NCBI GenBank assembly: GCA_003252515.1
Contig: QKDR01000019.1
Location: forward strand, 11,110 to 75,109
DNA length: 64,000 bases
Source: Candidatus Delongbacteria bacterium
GTDB taxonomy: Bacteria > UBA4055
Direction of reading: 5' to 3'
The position numbers and the translations under genes were made by a program. A model generated the notes under the pieces. The model was not told where the DNA came from. It made no database searches and saw only the letters and a program-made list of their open reading frames with translations. Of the stretch, positions 55,429-64,000 are shown in pieces (positions within the stretch are counted from its first letter, which is position 1; the number at the start of each line of letters is the position of its first letter).

Positions 55429-56688
55429 ATGAAAGTCAACACGAATCCGGTCAGAGGTATGAAGGATTTTCTGCCTGACGAGGCCGAACTCAGAGAAAGA
55501 GTGAGAAGAACTATTATTGATACATACACATCTTTCGGATATAGAAAGATCGAGACACCCGCTCTAGAGCATATGGAACTCTTGGGCGGAAGCGACGGCG
55601 GAGAGAACGAAAAGCTAATATTCAAAGTGCTGAAAAGAGGGGAGAAACTCGATCTCGCGAACGCGAAAGACGAAAAAGACCTTTCCGAGGAAGGGCTCAG
55701 GTTCGATCTTACAGTTCCGCTGACCAGGATATACGCTAACAATCAGGGGAATATCCCTCTGCCGTTCAAAGTCATCCAGACCGACTGGGTATTCAGGGCG
55801 GAAAGACCGCAAAAGGGACGTTACCGTCAGTTCATGCAGTGCGATATTGATATAATTGGCGAGAAGGATATTACTGCTGAGATCGACCTTCTGATAGCAT
55901 CTTCTCAGGCGCTTCTGAATCTTGGATTTAAAGATTTTACGATACACGTAAACGACAGGAATATCCTGCACGCGATGGCAGACAAATGGGGATTTAAATC
56001 TGAAGACCACGACAGTGTTTTCATCACCCTCGATAAGCTTGATAAGATCGGAGCTGACGGTATTTTAGAAGAACTTCAGAAAAAGGATTTTGATCAAGGT
56101 GCTGTCGGTTCTATGGTGAATGATATTACTGAGATGGAAGTTGGTACTTTAAACCATTTATACCTCAACGACGATGTTAAGAAAGTTATAGAAGCTGTTT
56201 CTCTGGTATCTGAGGGAAGATATAAGATCAAATTCGATCCGACGCTTGTCCGCGGAATGGGTTACTATACCGGAATGATCTACGAGATAAAAGTTGAAGG
56301 CTATTCCGGTTCGGTCGGCGGCGGCGGCAGGTATGACAAAATGATCGGCAAGCGTACGGGACAGGACGTTCCCGCCTGTGGATTCTCTATCGGTTTCGAA
56401 CGCATCGTTGACATTATGCTCGGAGAGGAAAAAGAGAAAGAGAAGAAAGAGAAGAAAGAGAAGCTGGCAATTATTTTCGATCCTGAAGTTAACGATGTTA
56501 AAAAAGTATATACCGAAGCGGAAACTCAGCGCCTAACCAATAAATATATAGTATCCGTAGTTAAAAAAGAGAAAAAATTCGGAAAGCAGTTGAAAAAATT
56601 GCACGATTCCGGATTCACAAGATACGGAGAGCTGACGGATAATATTTCTGCTTTTACGACTAAAGAGTTGAAAATGAATGAAGAATAA
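55429..56688 (+). CDS. hisS: Histidine--tRNA ligase
   Basis: 419 aa with class II aaRS motifs: motif 1 (RGMKDFLP), the HisA loop region and motif 3 (GGGRYD). It contains an EKEKEKKEKKEK low-complexity insertion. Confidence 0.9.
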   Translation: MKVNTNPVRGMKDFLPDEAELRERVRRTIIDTYTSFGYRKIETPALEHMELLGGSDGGENEKLIFKVLKRGEKLDLANAKDEKDLSEEGLRFDLTVPLTRIYANNQGNIPLPFKVIQTDWVFRAERPQKGRYRQFMQCDIDIIGEKDITAEIDLLIASSQALLNLGFKDFTIHVNDRNILHAMADKWGFKSEDHDSVFITLDKLDKIGADGILEELQKKDFDQGAVGSMVNDITEMEVGTLNHLYLNDDVKKVIEAVSLVSEGRYKIKFDPTLVRGMGYYTGMIYEIKVEGYSGSVGGGGRYDKMIGKRTGQDVPACGFSIGFERIVDIMLGEEKEKEKKEKKEKLAIIFDPEVNDVKKVYTEAETQRLTNKYIVSVVKKEKKFGKQLKKLHDSGFTRYGELTDNISAFTTKELKMNEE

Positions 56689-57601
56689 ATTAGTGATACT
56701 GGGAGCAGGCGGTGTCGGGACGGCGATCGGCGCGGCTCTTGCTGAAAAATATTATGAGGAGACCCTCCTCATAGGCAGAAAAGAGCACGTTTTTGCGCTC
56801 AACCTGAAGGGCTGCGATATAACCGGTTCGATGAAACGAAGCATCAAAGCAAAAGCCGCGGAGGAAATTGATTTCCCTCTGGAAAACGCTCTCCTGATCG
56901 TAGCCGTGAAAATAACGGATCTCGAAAGCTCGCTTAGAAAAATACAGCCTTATCTGACAGATACGACTTCGGTATTGCTTATCCAGAACGGCTACGGTGT
57001 AAAGAACATTGCGAACAGAGCTCTGTTCGGACTGATCGATCAGGAGAAGGTTTTCCAGGCGATCGCCGCTATGGGCGCCGTTCTTTCCGCCCCGGGTCAG
57101 CTGGAGCTTTATCCCGGCGGACTGAAAGCGGAGAAAGCGTTCGCTGAGTCAGAATACGGGGATATTTTCAAAGACACGTTCTTCGATTTTAAAGTGACTT
57201 TCGATCTTGAGAAAGCGATATGGATCAAGCTGATCATAAACTCTATAGCTAATCCGCTTTCAGTGATCTTCCGCGCGAAGAACAAAGTGATCGCGGAAGA
57301 GAGAATGAACGGCGTAAAGGATATGCTCCTTCAGGAGGGACTGGCGGTCGCGAAAGCGGAAGGGCATGATATCAGGCTGACCGTACAAGATATAAATTCG
57401 TTCATAAACAGCGACAACAGGACTTCGATGCTTCAGGATCATTTCAGAAAAAGACCGAACGAGATAGATTACATTAACGGCGCTATAATCTCAGCAGCGG
57501 AAAAGCACGATATTAATGTTCCGGCGAACAAGCTGGTGTACGATATAGTTAAAAACATCGAAATAAACAATTTCGAAGGTAAAGAAGAGTTAAATCTGTA
57601 A
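56678..57601 (+). CDS. panE: 2-dehydropantoate 2-reductase (ApbA/PanE family)
   Basis: 307 aa. The N-terminal Rossmann is LVILGAGGVGTAIGAAL. The C-terminal domain resembles KPR. Confidence 0.7.
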   Translation: MKNKLVILGAGGVGTAIGAALAEKYYEETLLIGRKEHVFALNLKGCDITGSMKRSIKAKAAEEIDFPLENALLIVAVKITDLESSLRKIQPYLTDTTSVLLIQNGYGVKNIANRALFGLIDQEKVFQAIAAMGAVLSAPGQLELYPGGLKAEKAFAESEYGDIFKDTFFDFKVTFDLEKAIWIKLIINSIANPLSVIFRAKNKVIAEERMNGVKDMLLQEGLAVAKAEGHDIRLTVQDINSFINSDNRTSMLQDHFRKRPNEIDYINGAIISAAEKHDINVPANKLVYDIVKNIEINNFEGKEELNL

Positions 57602-57609
57602 GGCGCCGA

Positions 57610-58398
57610 TTGGAATTTTATGAAATAATAATACTTCTTATAACAGGTCTCGCTTCAGGGTTCCTGTCCGGGTTTCTCGGTATAGGCGGAGGTATTATCA
57701 CCATACCTGTAATGATCATCTTTCTGGAAGGAAAAGTTCCGCAGGAGAACCTGTTTCTCGCAACTTCAACAATATCTCTCGCAATAATCGTGCTGTCATC
57801 GCTTAACGCGTCGCTAAAGCATATAAGACACGGGAATTATTACAAACAAGCCATAATACCTCTCGTTCTGGGATCAATAATCGGACCTATACCGGGTAAC
57901 TACATCTGTTATGTGATCGACGATAAAAGCAGGATAACCTTTTTTGCGGTCGTGATATTACTTCTCGCGTTCAAGATACTCTGGTTCAGAAACAAAGATG
58001 ACAACGACAGAGCAAGTTTCAATTTCTGGATCATGCTTGCAGCGGGAATCGTTATGGGTATGATATCGTCGATGACGGGCCTTGGCGGAGGAGCCGTTTT
58101 AGTGCCTCTTCTGACTGTATTTTTGCACTTCGATATTAAAAAAGCTGTCGGAATATCCACGATCGTCATGATCTTTACTGCTGCTTCCGGACTTGTTGGC
58201 AGGATTTATACGGGGGTCAGCGGCTATCTGTCATACGATGTATTCCTTCCGTTCTTCCTGACAATAACCGTCGGAACTCTGTTCTCGGCCAGACTGGGAG
58301 CGGCATTCAATATAAAAAGCAAGAGTAAGAATATAAAAGTATTCGCGTCAATTCTTTATTTTATTGTGGCGATAAAGATGATCTGGAGAGTGATTTGA
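57610..58398 (+). CDS. TauE/SafE (DUF81) sulfite/anion exporter-family membrane protein
   Basis: 262 aa with duplicated 4-TM repeats carrying GxGGG motifs (GFLGIGGGII, GLGGGAVLVPLL). Confidence 0.8.
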   Translation: MEFYEIIILLITGLASGFLSGFLGIGGGIITIPVMIIFLEGKVPQENLFLATSTISLAIIVLSSLNASLKHIRHGNYYKQAIIPLVLGSIIGPIPGNYICYVIDDKSRITFFAVVILLLAFKILWFRNKDDNDRASFNFWIMLAAGIVMGMISSMTGLGGGAVLVPLLTVFLHFDIKKAVGISTIVMIFTAASGLVGRIYTGVSGYLSYDVFLPFFLTITVGTLFSARLGAAFNIKSKSKNIKVFASILYFIVAIKMIWRVI

Positions 58399-59931
58399 GC
58401 GGTTCTGCCGGAAATACGAGAGTAAGAGGGAATATCTTTAAGATATTTACAGGGACTTTCATTTCAAGAATATTCGGGTTCGTTCGCGAGATGGTCGTCG
58501 CATGGTTCTTCGGTACATCGAAGACTGCCGACGCATTCTCTTTCGCGCTGATATTCCCGAACCTTTTCAGGCAGATCCTCGGCGAGGACATGGTGGAACG
58601 CGCATTCATGCCTCCGTTCAAGACGAAATACGATCAGGGTGACGCTGCGGGTTCCTGGAAGTTCCTGTCAGTTATATTCAACTGGTTTTTCGTATCGCTG
58701 CTGATCGTGATGACGCTGTTGTATCTTATTACTCCGCTGGTATTCATTCTGCTGAAGAAATTCAACACGGGAGCGGACTTCGATTACGATCTCTCGCTTA
58801 AGCTGATCTTCATACTTATGCCGTTCATGCTGTTCATTGGACTGGCCGCCTTCGTCGGGAGCCTGCTGGATATTCGGCTTCGCCCCGATCATGCTGAGCG
58901 TCGGTGTCATCCTGGGTATCGTCTGGCTTGAGCCCGTAATCGGCGATTATTCGATCGCAGCAGGTTATCTTCTCGGCGCTTTCCTGCAGTTCATAGTCCA
59001 CATTCCGTTCCTCGTATCGAAGAAGTTCAGGGGCGAAACGGAAATAAAATATTCGCTTACCTTTAAGGACGGCTCGAACGACTATAGGGTAATAAAGCGG
59101 GAGTCGAAGATAATCACTCTCAACGCTGTGTTCAACAAGAGCGCCGAGTTCTTCGACAGGCTCATCGCAACATGGCTGATCACCGGTTCAGCTTCCTCAC
59201 TGTTCTATTCTCAGAGGCTTTTCCAGCTTCCGTTCGCGATAATTTCTCTTCCGATCGCAAGGGGAATAAATCCTCTGCTGAATACGCTCAAAAGCCTCAG
59301 CGACCGCGAAAAGTTCACTGAACTTTTCGAGAAAGGCAGCCGCATTTACTACAGCATACTCATACCCGTCACGGTTATCTGCATAGCGGCATCGGACGAG
59401 ATTGTTTCTGTCATATACAGGCGCGGCGCCTTTGACTCAGCTTCGCTGAGCATGACCTCGCAGGCCTTCGTCATGTATTCCCTCGGCCTTATCCCGGTCA
59501 GCTTCGCAGGATATTACATGCGTGTCCTGTCTCTGGTCAGCAAGAACATTCATTCCCTTAAAGTATCAGTCATCAGCGCAGGTATCAACGTCGTACTGTC
59601 GTATATCCTCGCCGTCTTCACTCCAATGGGCCATGCCGGCGTCGCTCTCGGAACTTCGCTCGCTTTCTATTACAATATGATAAGACTCAACACCTACATC
59701 AAAGTCGAAATGAAAGATCTGCTCCTCCCCGGGAAAGCGATATTCTTTACAAAAGGGAACATCATTTCAATAATAACCGGGATCATCCTGATCTTTTTAC
59801 TCAGATCGGAATTTATTTCAAATGTTAAAATTTGCGAGGGCAGTATAAACATTCCCGTTACCGGAACTCTGAAAGCACTTGTGATAATCGCAGTATATAT
59901 GCTGATCGTAAGGATCACTAGTAAAAAATAA
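58395..59931 (+). pseudogene. murJ: murJ (MviN) lipid II flippase, split into two ORFs by a frameshift near 58869-58880; translation begins at TTG 58395
   Basis: ORF 58395-58931 encodes the MurJ N-terminus (FGFVREMVVAWFFGTSKTADAF, compare E. coli [22 protein letters not shown]). ORF 58837-59931 continues the protein in the +1 frame. The junction FVGSLLDI / FGFAPIM aligns to E. coli FVGALLNAWNRFSIPAFAP. Confidence 0.65.
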
Positions 59932-60002
59932 ATTTCATTACTTGATGTAATTACATATTTTGCTTAAATTCATATCGGATAATAAATTCCGTAGAGGTTC
60001 TT

Positions 60003-61640
60003 ATGCTCAAAAAAATAAATCCTACGCATACGATCGCCTGGGAGAAGCTGATGAGGCACTATAAAGAGATCCGGAAGATGCATCTGAGAACTCTGTTTGA
60101 AGATAAGAACAGATTTAAGAAGTTCTCTTTAAGATTTGAAGACATTCTGATTGACTATTCAAAGAATAAGATAGACGAGACTACAATTTCACTTTTGATC
60201 AATCTTGCTGATGAAGTGGGTCTTTCCAAAGCTATAGCGTCCATGTTCGACGGTGACAGGATCAACGAGACCGAAAGCAGAGCGGTCCTTCATATCGCGC
60301 TAAGGGACTTTAAGAGCAGGGAGTTTAAAATTGACGGGAAAGATATACTTACGGATGTTCGTGAAGTAAGAGAAAAGATGAAATCCTTCTCCGAGTCCGT
60401 CCGAAGCGGAATCTGGAAAGGTTATACAGGGAAAAAGATCACTGATGTCGTGAACATCGGAATAGGCGGTTCTGACCTCGGGCCATACATGGTATGCGAA
60501 GCACTTAAATTTTACGCCGACGGTCCGGAAGTTCATTTCGTTTCGAACGTGGACGGAACACATATAACAGAGACCCTAAAGCGGCTTGATCCCAAAACGA
60601 CGCTTTTCCTTATAGCCTCCAAGACCTTCACGACCCAGGAAACGATGACCAACGCGAATACCGCACGGGAATGGTTTTTGAATAAAGCCAAGAAGAAAGA
60701 GTATATAAAGAAGCATTTCGCGGCGATGTCGACCAATGCCGGGAAAGTATCGGAATTCGGTATCGACAAAAAGAACATGTTCGAATTCTGGGACTTTGTC
60801 GGCGGGCGTTATTCGCTGTGGTCCGCGATAGGTCTTCCTATAGCTATATCCGCCGGATACGAACGTTTCGAAGAGCTGCTCAAAGGCGCGGAGAGCATGG
60901 ATATACACTTCAGGTCGACACCGATAAAAAAGAACATTCCCGTAATACTAGGACTTCTCGGTGTGTGGTACTCGGATTTCTTCGGAGCATCATGCGAAAT
61001 GATATTGCCTTACGACCAGTACCTGCACAGGTTCCCGGCCTACCTCCAGCAGCTTTCAATGGAGAGCAACGGCAAAAGCACGACGCGCGACGGATCGAAA
61101 GTGAATTATCCCACTGGGCAGATACTTCTCGGTGAGCCGGGTACGAACGGACAGCACTCGTTCTACCAGCTGATCCATCAGGGGACCAGAACGGTCCCGT
61201 GCGATTTCCTCTGTGCGAAAGAACCGCTCAACAAGGCGGGAGACCATCATGAGAAGCTGCTTTCAAACTTTCTGGCGCAGACCGAAGCGCTGATGAACGG
61301 CAAGACGAAGGAGGAAGTGATAGATCAACTTGAACGGGCGGGATTTCAGGCGGCAGAGATAAGGAAACTCTACCCGCACAAGATATTCGAAGGTGACCAT
61401 CCGACCAATTCGATCGTTTACGATAAACTTACACCGGGCGCGCTGGGCAAACTTATCGCGATGTATGAGCATAAGACATTCGTTCAGGGTGTGATTTGGA
61501 ATATATTCAGCTTTGATCAGTGGGGAGTTGAACTTGGGAAAGAACTGGCGGTTAAAATACTGAAGGAGCTTAAAGACGGAAAATCATCGAAAGGACATGA
61601 CTGCTCGACCGGAGGACTTCTTAAATATTTAGTGAAATGA
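60003..61640 (+). CDS. pgi: Glucose-6-phosphate isomerase
   Basis: 545 aa carrying PGI signatures ([29 protein letters not shown]). Confidence 0.9.
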   Translation: MLKKINPTHTIAWEKLMRHYKEIRKMHLRTLFEDKNRFKKFSLRFEDILIDYSKNKIDETTISLLINLADEVGLSKAIASMFDGDRINETESRAVLHIALRDFKSREFKIDGKDILTDVREVREKMKSFSESVRSGIWKGYTGKKITDVVNIGIGGSDLGPYMVCEALKFYADGPEVHFVSNVDGTHITETLKRLDPKTTLFLIASKTFTTQETMTNANTAREWFLNKAKKKEYIKKHFAAMSTNAGKVSEFGIDKKNMFEFWDFVGGRYSLWSAIGLPIAISAGYERFEELLKGAESMDIHFRSTPIKKNIPVILGLLGVWYSDFFGASCEMILPYDQYLHRFPAYLQQLSMESNGKSTTRDGSKVNYPTGQILLGEPGTNGQHSFYQLIHQGTRTVPCDFLCAKEPLNKAGDHHEKLLSNFLAQTEALMNGKTKEEVIDQLERAGFQAAEIRKLYPHKIFEGDHPTNSIVYDKLTPGALGKLIAMYEHKTFVQGVIWNIFSFDQWGVELGKELAVKILKELKDGKSSKGHDCSTGGLLKYLVK

Positions 61641-61650
61641 CGCGGAAAGT

Positions 61651-62130
61651 ATGAAGAAAAAACTGTTCATTATAATTTCAATTATAGCTGCGATCCTTAT
61701 CTCGTCCTGCTCATCTGCGGGAGTCAGGGAAGATGTATCATATTCCTCCGATACGGGTCAATATAAAGGCGACCTCGAAAAGTTCTTCAGGAAATACGAG
61801 AATGTTCCGCATAAGATGGGCGCGACCGGCCCGAAGGCATTCGACTGCAGCGGTTTTGTCGGAAGAGCTTTCAGAGAAGTATACGGGATCGAACTGCCGA
61901 GGACTTCACAGACCATGTACGGCGTCGGCAAATCAGTTAAAAGGAGCGATCTGAAATACGGAGACCTCGTTTTCTTCAACATATACGGAAAAGGAATATC
62001 CCATGTCGGCATCTATACGGGGAAGAACTCATTTATTCATGCTTCGACTAAGCTCGGAGTGACGAAAAGCGACTTAAATCTTGAATATTACAGGGCCCGA
62101 TACGTCGGGGCAAGGAGAATACTCGAATGA
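61651..62130 (+). CDS. NlpC/P60 (C40) family peptidoglycan endopeptidase, lipoprotein
   Basis: 159 aa with the lipobox ISSC and the catalytic Cys in DCSGFV. His appears in ISHVGIYTG and the third catalytic residue in HAS. Confidence 0.8.
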   Translation: MKKKLFIIISIIAAILISSCSSAGVREDVSYSSDTGQYKGDLEKFFRKYENVPHKMGATGPKAFDCSGFVGRAFREVYGIELPRTSQTMYGVGKSVKRSDLKYGDLVFFNIYGKGISHVGIYTGKNSFIHASTKLGVTKSDLNLEYYRARYVGARRILE

Positions 62131-63485
62131 AGAAAATAATGACGGTGTTATTACTGTTCGCGGCATTCATGCTGACGGCCAAAGAGTACTTTTATGTTGA
62201 TTACTCATGTTTCAGAACGGCTGACGACTCAAAGACAAGAACGGATATCTATATATCCATCCCTGTCATATATCTGGAATTCGACAATTCGCTAACAAGC
62301 CTTTTTGCCATAAGCGTTTATATTTATGACGGAAACAAGCTTGTCAAAGAGGACAAATGGAAACAGAAATATATTATCGGCAATGAATCCGAAAAATATT
62401 CGGGAGCTGAGATACCTGTGCTTTCAAAGCTTGAGCTGCCTCCGGGATATTACAAACTGGTAGTCGAAGTGGAAGACCTGAACGCGGGGAAAAAGATCGA
62501 CACTCTGGAAGTACCTCAGGAATCCAAGATGTTCATGGTCGCGGCTTTTTCGGACAAATTCTCCATCTCAACCATACAGCTGGCTTCCAGGATCATAACG
62601 GACAAACCTGATGAGAAATCCGAGTTCTACAGGCAGGGGGTCGTTATCCTTCCCAATCCGAGCAAGGTTTTCGGTACGACAAGACCTTTCCTGTATTATT
62701 ATCTTGAGCTGTACGGGCTTAATGAGGATGACGAGATAGAATATACATGGACGATATCTTCAGCTGAAACTGATGAAGTCAAGAAAGGCGATATGCAGTT
62801 GAAAAAGTCTCCCGGCAGATCCCTTGTGCTGGCGGACAGGATATCCGTTCCCGTTCTTAAGACAGGATCGTACGATCTGAGCGTTAAGATCACCAATAAA
62901 ACTTCTGGAAAAACGATCGAAGGTCGGAATAATTTTTACATGTACCGAAAGCTTGATTTCGTAAAAGACAGGTACAGACTGCCTGATGACATCTCGGCTT
63001 CTCAAAGAGATTCTCTCGAACTCGATATAATGAAGGACGAAGACGTCTCAACCGAATTCGATCAGGTATATTCGATACTGGAGAAGACGGATCAGAACAA
63101 GTATACCGGGCTGATAATCAACGGTAAAAGAGAATTTTTGAAGAAATACTGGACGGATCAGGAGAAGAAACAGGAAAACGCGAGAGACAATTTTAAAGCT
63201 CTGATCATTAAGATAAATACCGAATTTTCGAGCAAGAATACAGAGGGATGGAAAACCGACAGAGGCAGGATTCACCTGAAGCTCGGTCCTCCGAACAAAA
63301 GAGATATCGAGACTTATAATAACGAAACGCAGGATCACGAGGTCTGGAGTTATTTTACGGGCGGGTATACATTTGTCTTCGCTGACCCTCACGGGCTTGA
63401 CGATTTCAAACTGATCCATTCCGATTATCCCGGCGAGAAATACGATCCGAACTGGGAGACCAAGATCAAGAAGAGCAACTATTAA
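62127..63485 (+). CDS. GWxTD-domain secreted protein
   Basis: 452 aa with a signal peptide. The C-terminal domain contains the GWKTDRGRIHLKLGPP motif (GWxTD family). Confidence 0.7.
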   Translation: MKKIMTVLLLFAAFMLTAKEYFYVDYSCFRTADDSKTRTDIYISIPVIYLEFDNSLTSLFAISVYIYDGNKLVKEDKWKQKYIIGNESEKYSGAEIPVLSKLELPPGYYKLVVEVEDLNAGKKIDTLEVPQESKMFMVAAFSDKFSISTIQLASRIITDKPDEKSEFYRQGVVILPNPSKVFGTTRPFLYYYLELYGLNEDDEIEYTWTISSAETDEVKKGDMQLKKSPGRSLVLADRISVPVLKTGSYDLSVKITNKTSGKTIEGRNNFYMYRKLDFVKDRYRLPDDISASQRDSLELDIMKDEDVSTEFDQVYSILEKTDQNKYTGLIINGKREFLKKYWTDQEKKQENARDNFKALIIKINTEFSSKNTEGWKTDRGRIHLKLGPPNKRDIETYNNETQDHEVWSYFTGGYTFVFADPHGLDDFKLIHSDYPGEKYDPNWETKIKKSNY

Positions 63486-63989
63486 TTGATCATAGACGGG
63501 TTCGAGATACAGATCGTAAGGTCGAAGGCGAGAAAAAAGACCGTTCAGGCCAGACTTATCGGGGATAATACGGTAAAGGTTATGGCTCCGTACCACACGA
63601 CTGACGCTTTTATCAAGGATTTCGTAACAAAAGCGATCAAGAAATTTAAGAATAAAGTTCCCGTTGCTAAGGGTGAAACCGACCTTCAGAATAGAGCCGA
63701 AATGTTAAGGGACAAATACATTCCGAAAGCACCGAATTTCACTATAACTTACTCGAACCGGCTCAAGCGCAGCTGGGGCAAGTGCTTTTTCAGAACCCGG
63801 GAGATCATCATCAATCCCGTCCTCGCGGACTTTCCCCGCTGGGTGTCGGACATGGTCATCATACACGAGATCGCTCACCTCATCTATCCCAACCACGGAA
63901 AGCAGTTCAGGGAACTCGTCTCCCGCTACAGGCTCAAAGAACGTGCCACAGGATACCTGCTTGCGAAAGGGCTGAAAGCGGAGGAGTAA
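63486..63989 (+). CDS. YgjP-like (DUF45/SprT-like) metal-dependent hydrolase
   Basis: 167 aa with an HExxH zinc motif (HEIAHLIYPNH) and the family-typical N-terminal region. Confidence 0.7.
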   Translation: MIIDGFEIQIVRSKARKKTVQARLIGDNTVKVMAPYHTTDAFIKDFVTKAIKKFKNKVPVAKGETDLQNRAEMLRDKYIPKAPNFTITYSNRLKRSWGKCFFRTREIIINPVLADFPRWVSDMVIIHEIAHLIYPNHGKQFRELVSRYRLKERATGYLLAKGLKAEE

Positions 63990-64000
63990 AAATTATATTT

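Noticed and set aside
1-64000. CRISPR arrays, transposases and phage genes
   Set aside because: A by-eye scan of both strands found no regularly spaced short direct repeats and no IS-like inverted repeats. I found no integrase/transposase/recombinase ORFs, nor capsid/terminase/portal ORFs. The only notable repeats are the 14-nt tandem at 21037 and the purine tract in hisS.

Overview
This is a densely coding bacterial chromosomal window of about 41% GC with no transposases, integrases, CRISPR arrays or rRNA. I identified one tRNA, tRNA-Leu(UAG). Shine-Dalgarno motifs (AGGAG/GGAGG) precede many starts. Lineage hints are a T9SS type-A C-terminal sorting domain, a giant SprA-like protein, a GWxTD protein and a GldA/GldF-like ABC pair. 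Together these point to an anaerobic member of the Fibrobacteres-Chlorobi-Bacteroidetes (FCB) superphylum, possibly Cloacimonadota-like, but the lineage is an inference only. The metabolic content fits an amino-acid and dicarboxylate fermenter or syntroph: tandem ptb-ptb-buk, gdhA, an M42 peptidase, a methylmalonyl-CoA carboxyltransferase with a biotin carrier, and pgi. The centrepiece is an 11-gene co-directional operon (8537-19623). It encodes an HdrA-MvhD fusion, HdrC, HdrB, a SdhB-like Fe-S protein and a SdhA/FrdA-like flavoprotein, followed by sucC, sucD, two-subunit class-I fumarase and malic enzyme. No membrane-anchor subunit accompanies it. This looks like a soluble, heterodisulfide-reductase-linked and probably flavin-based electron-bifurcating or -confurcating fumarate reductase/succinate dehydrogenase embedded in a malate-fumarate-succinate-succinyl-CoA module. 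The rest of the window holds a TPR-CHAT giant protein (5'-partial), a PspC/SPFH pair, an RND efflux operon and two paralogous secreted proteins built from an unrecognised repeated domain. It also holds a secreted ankyrin-repeat/metallo-beta-lactamase fusion, an XRE regulator module, a U32-peptidase/radical-SAM(TIGR01212)/GNAT operon, xseA, a GT2/GT-C-like pair, hisS, panE, tauE and a frameshifted murJ. It ends with an NlpC/P60 lipoprotein, a GWxTD protein and a YgjP-like hydrolase.
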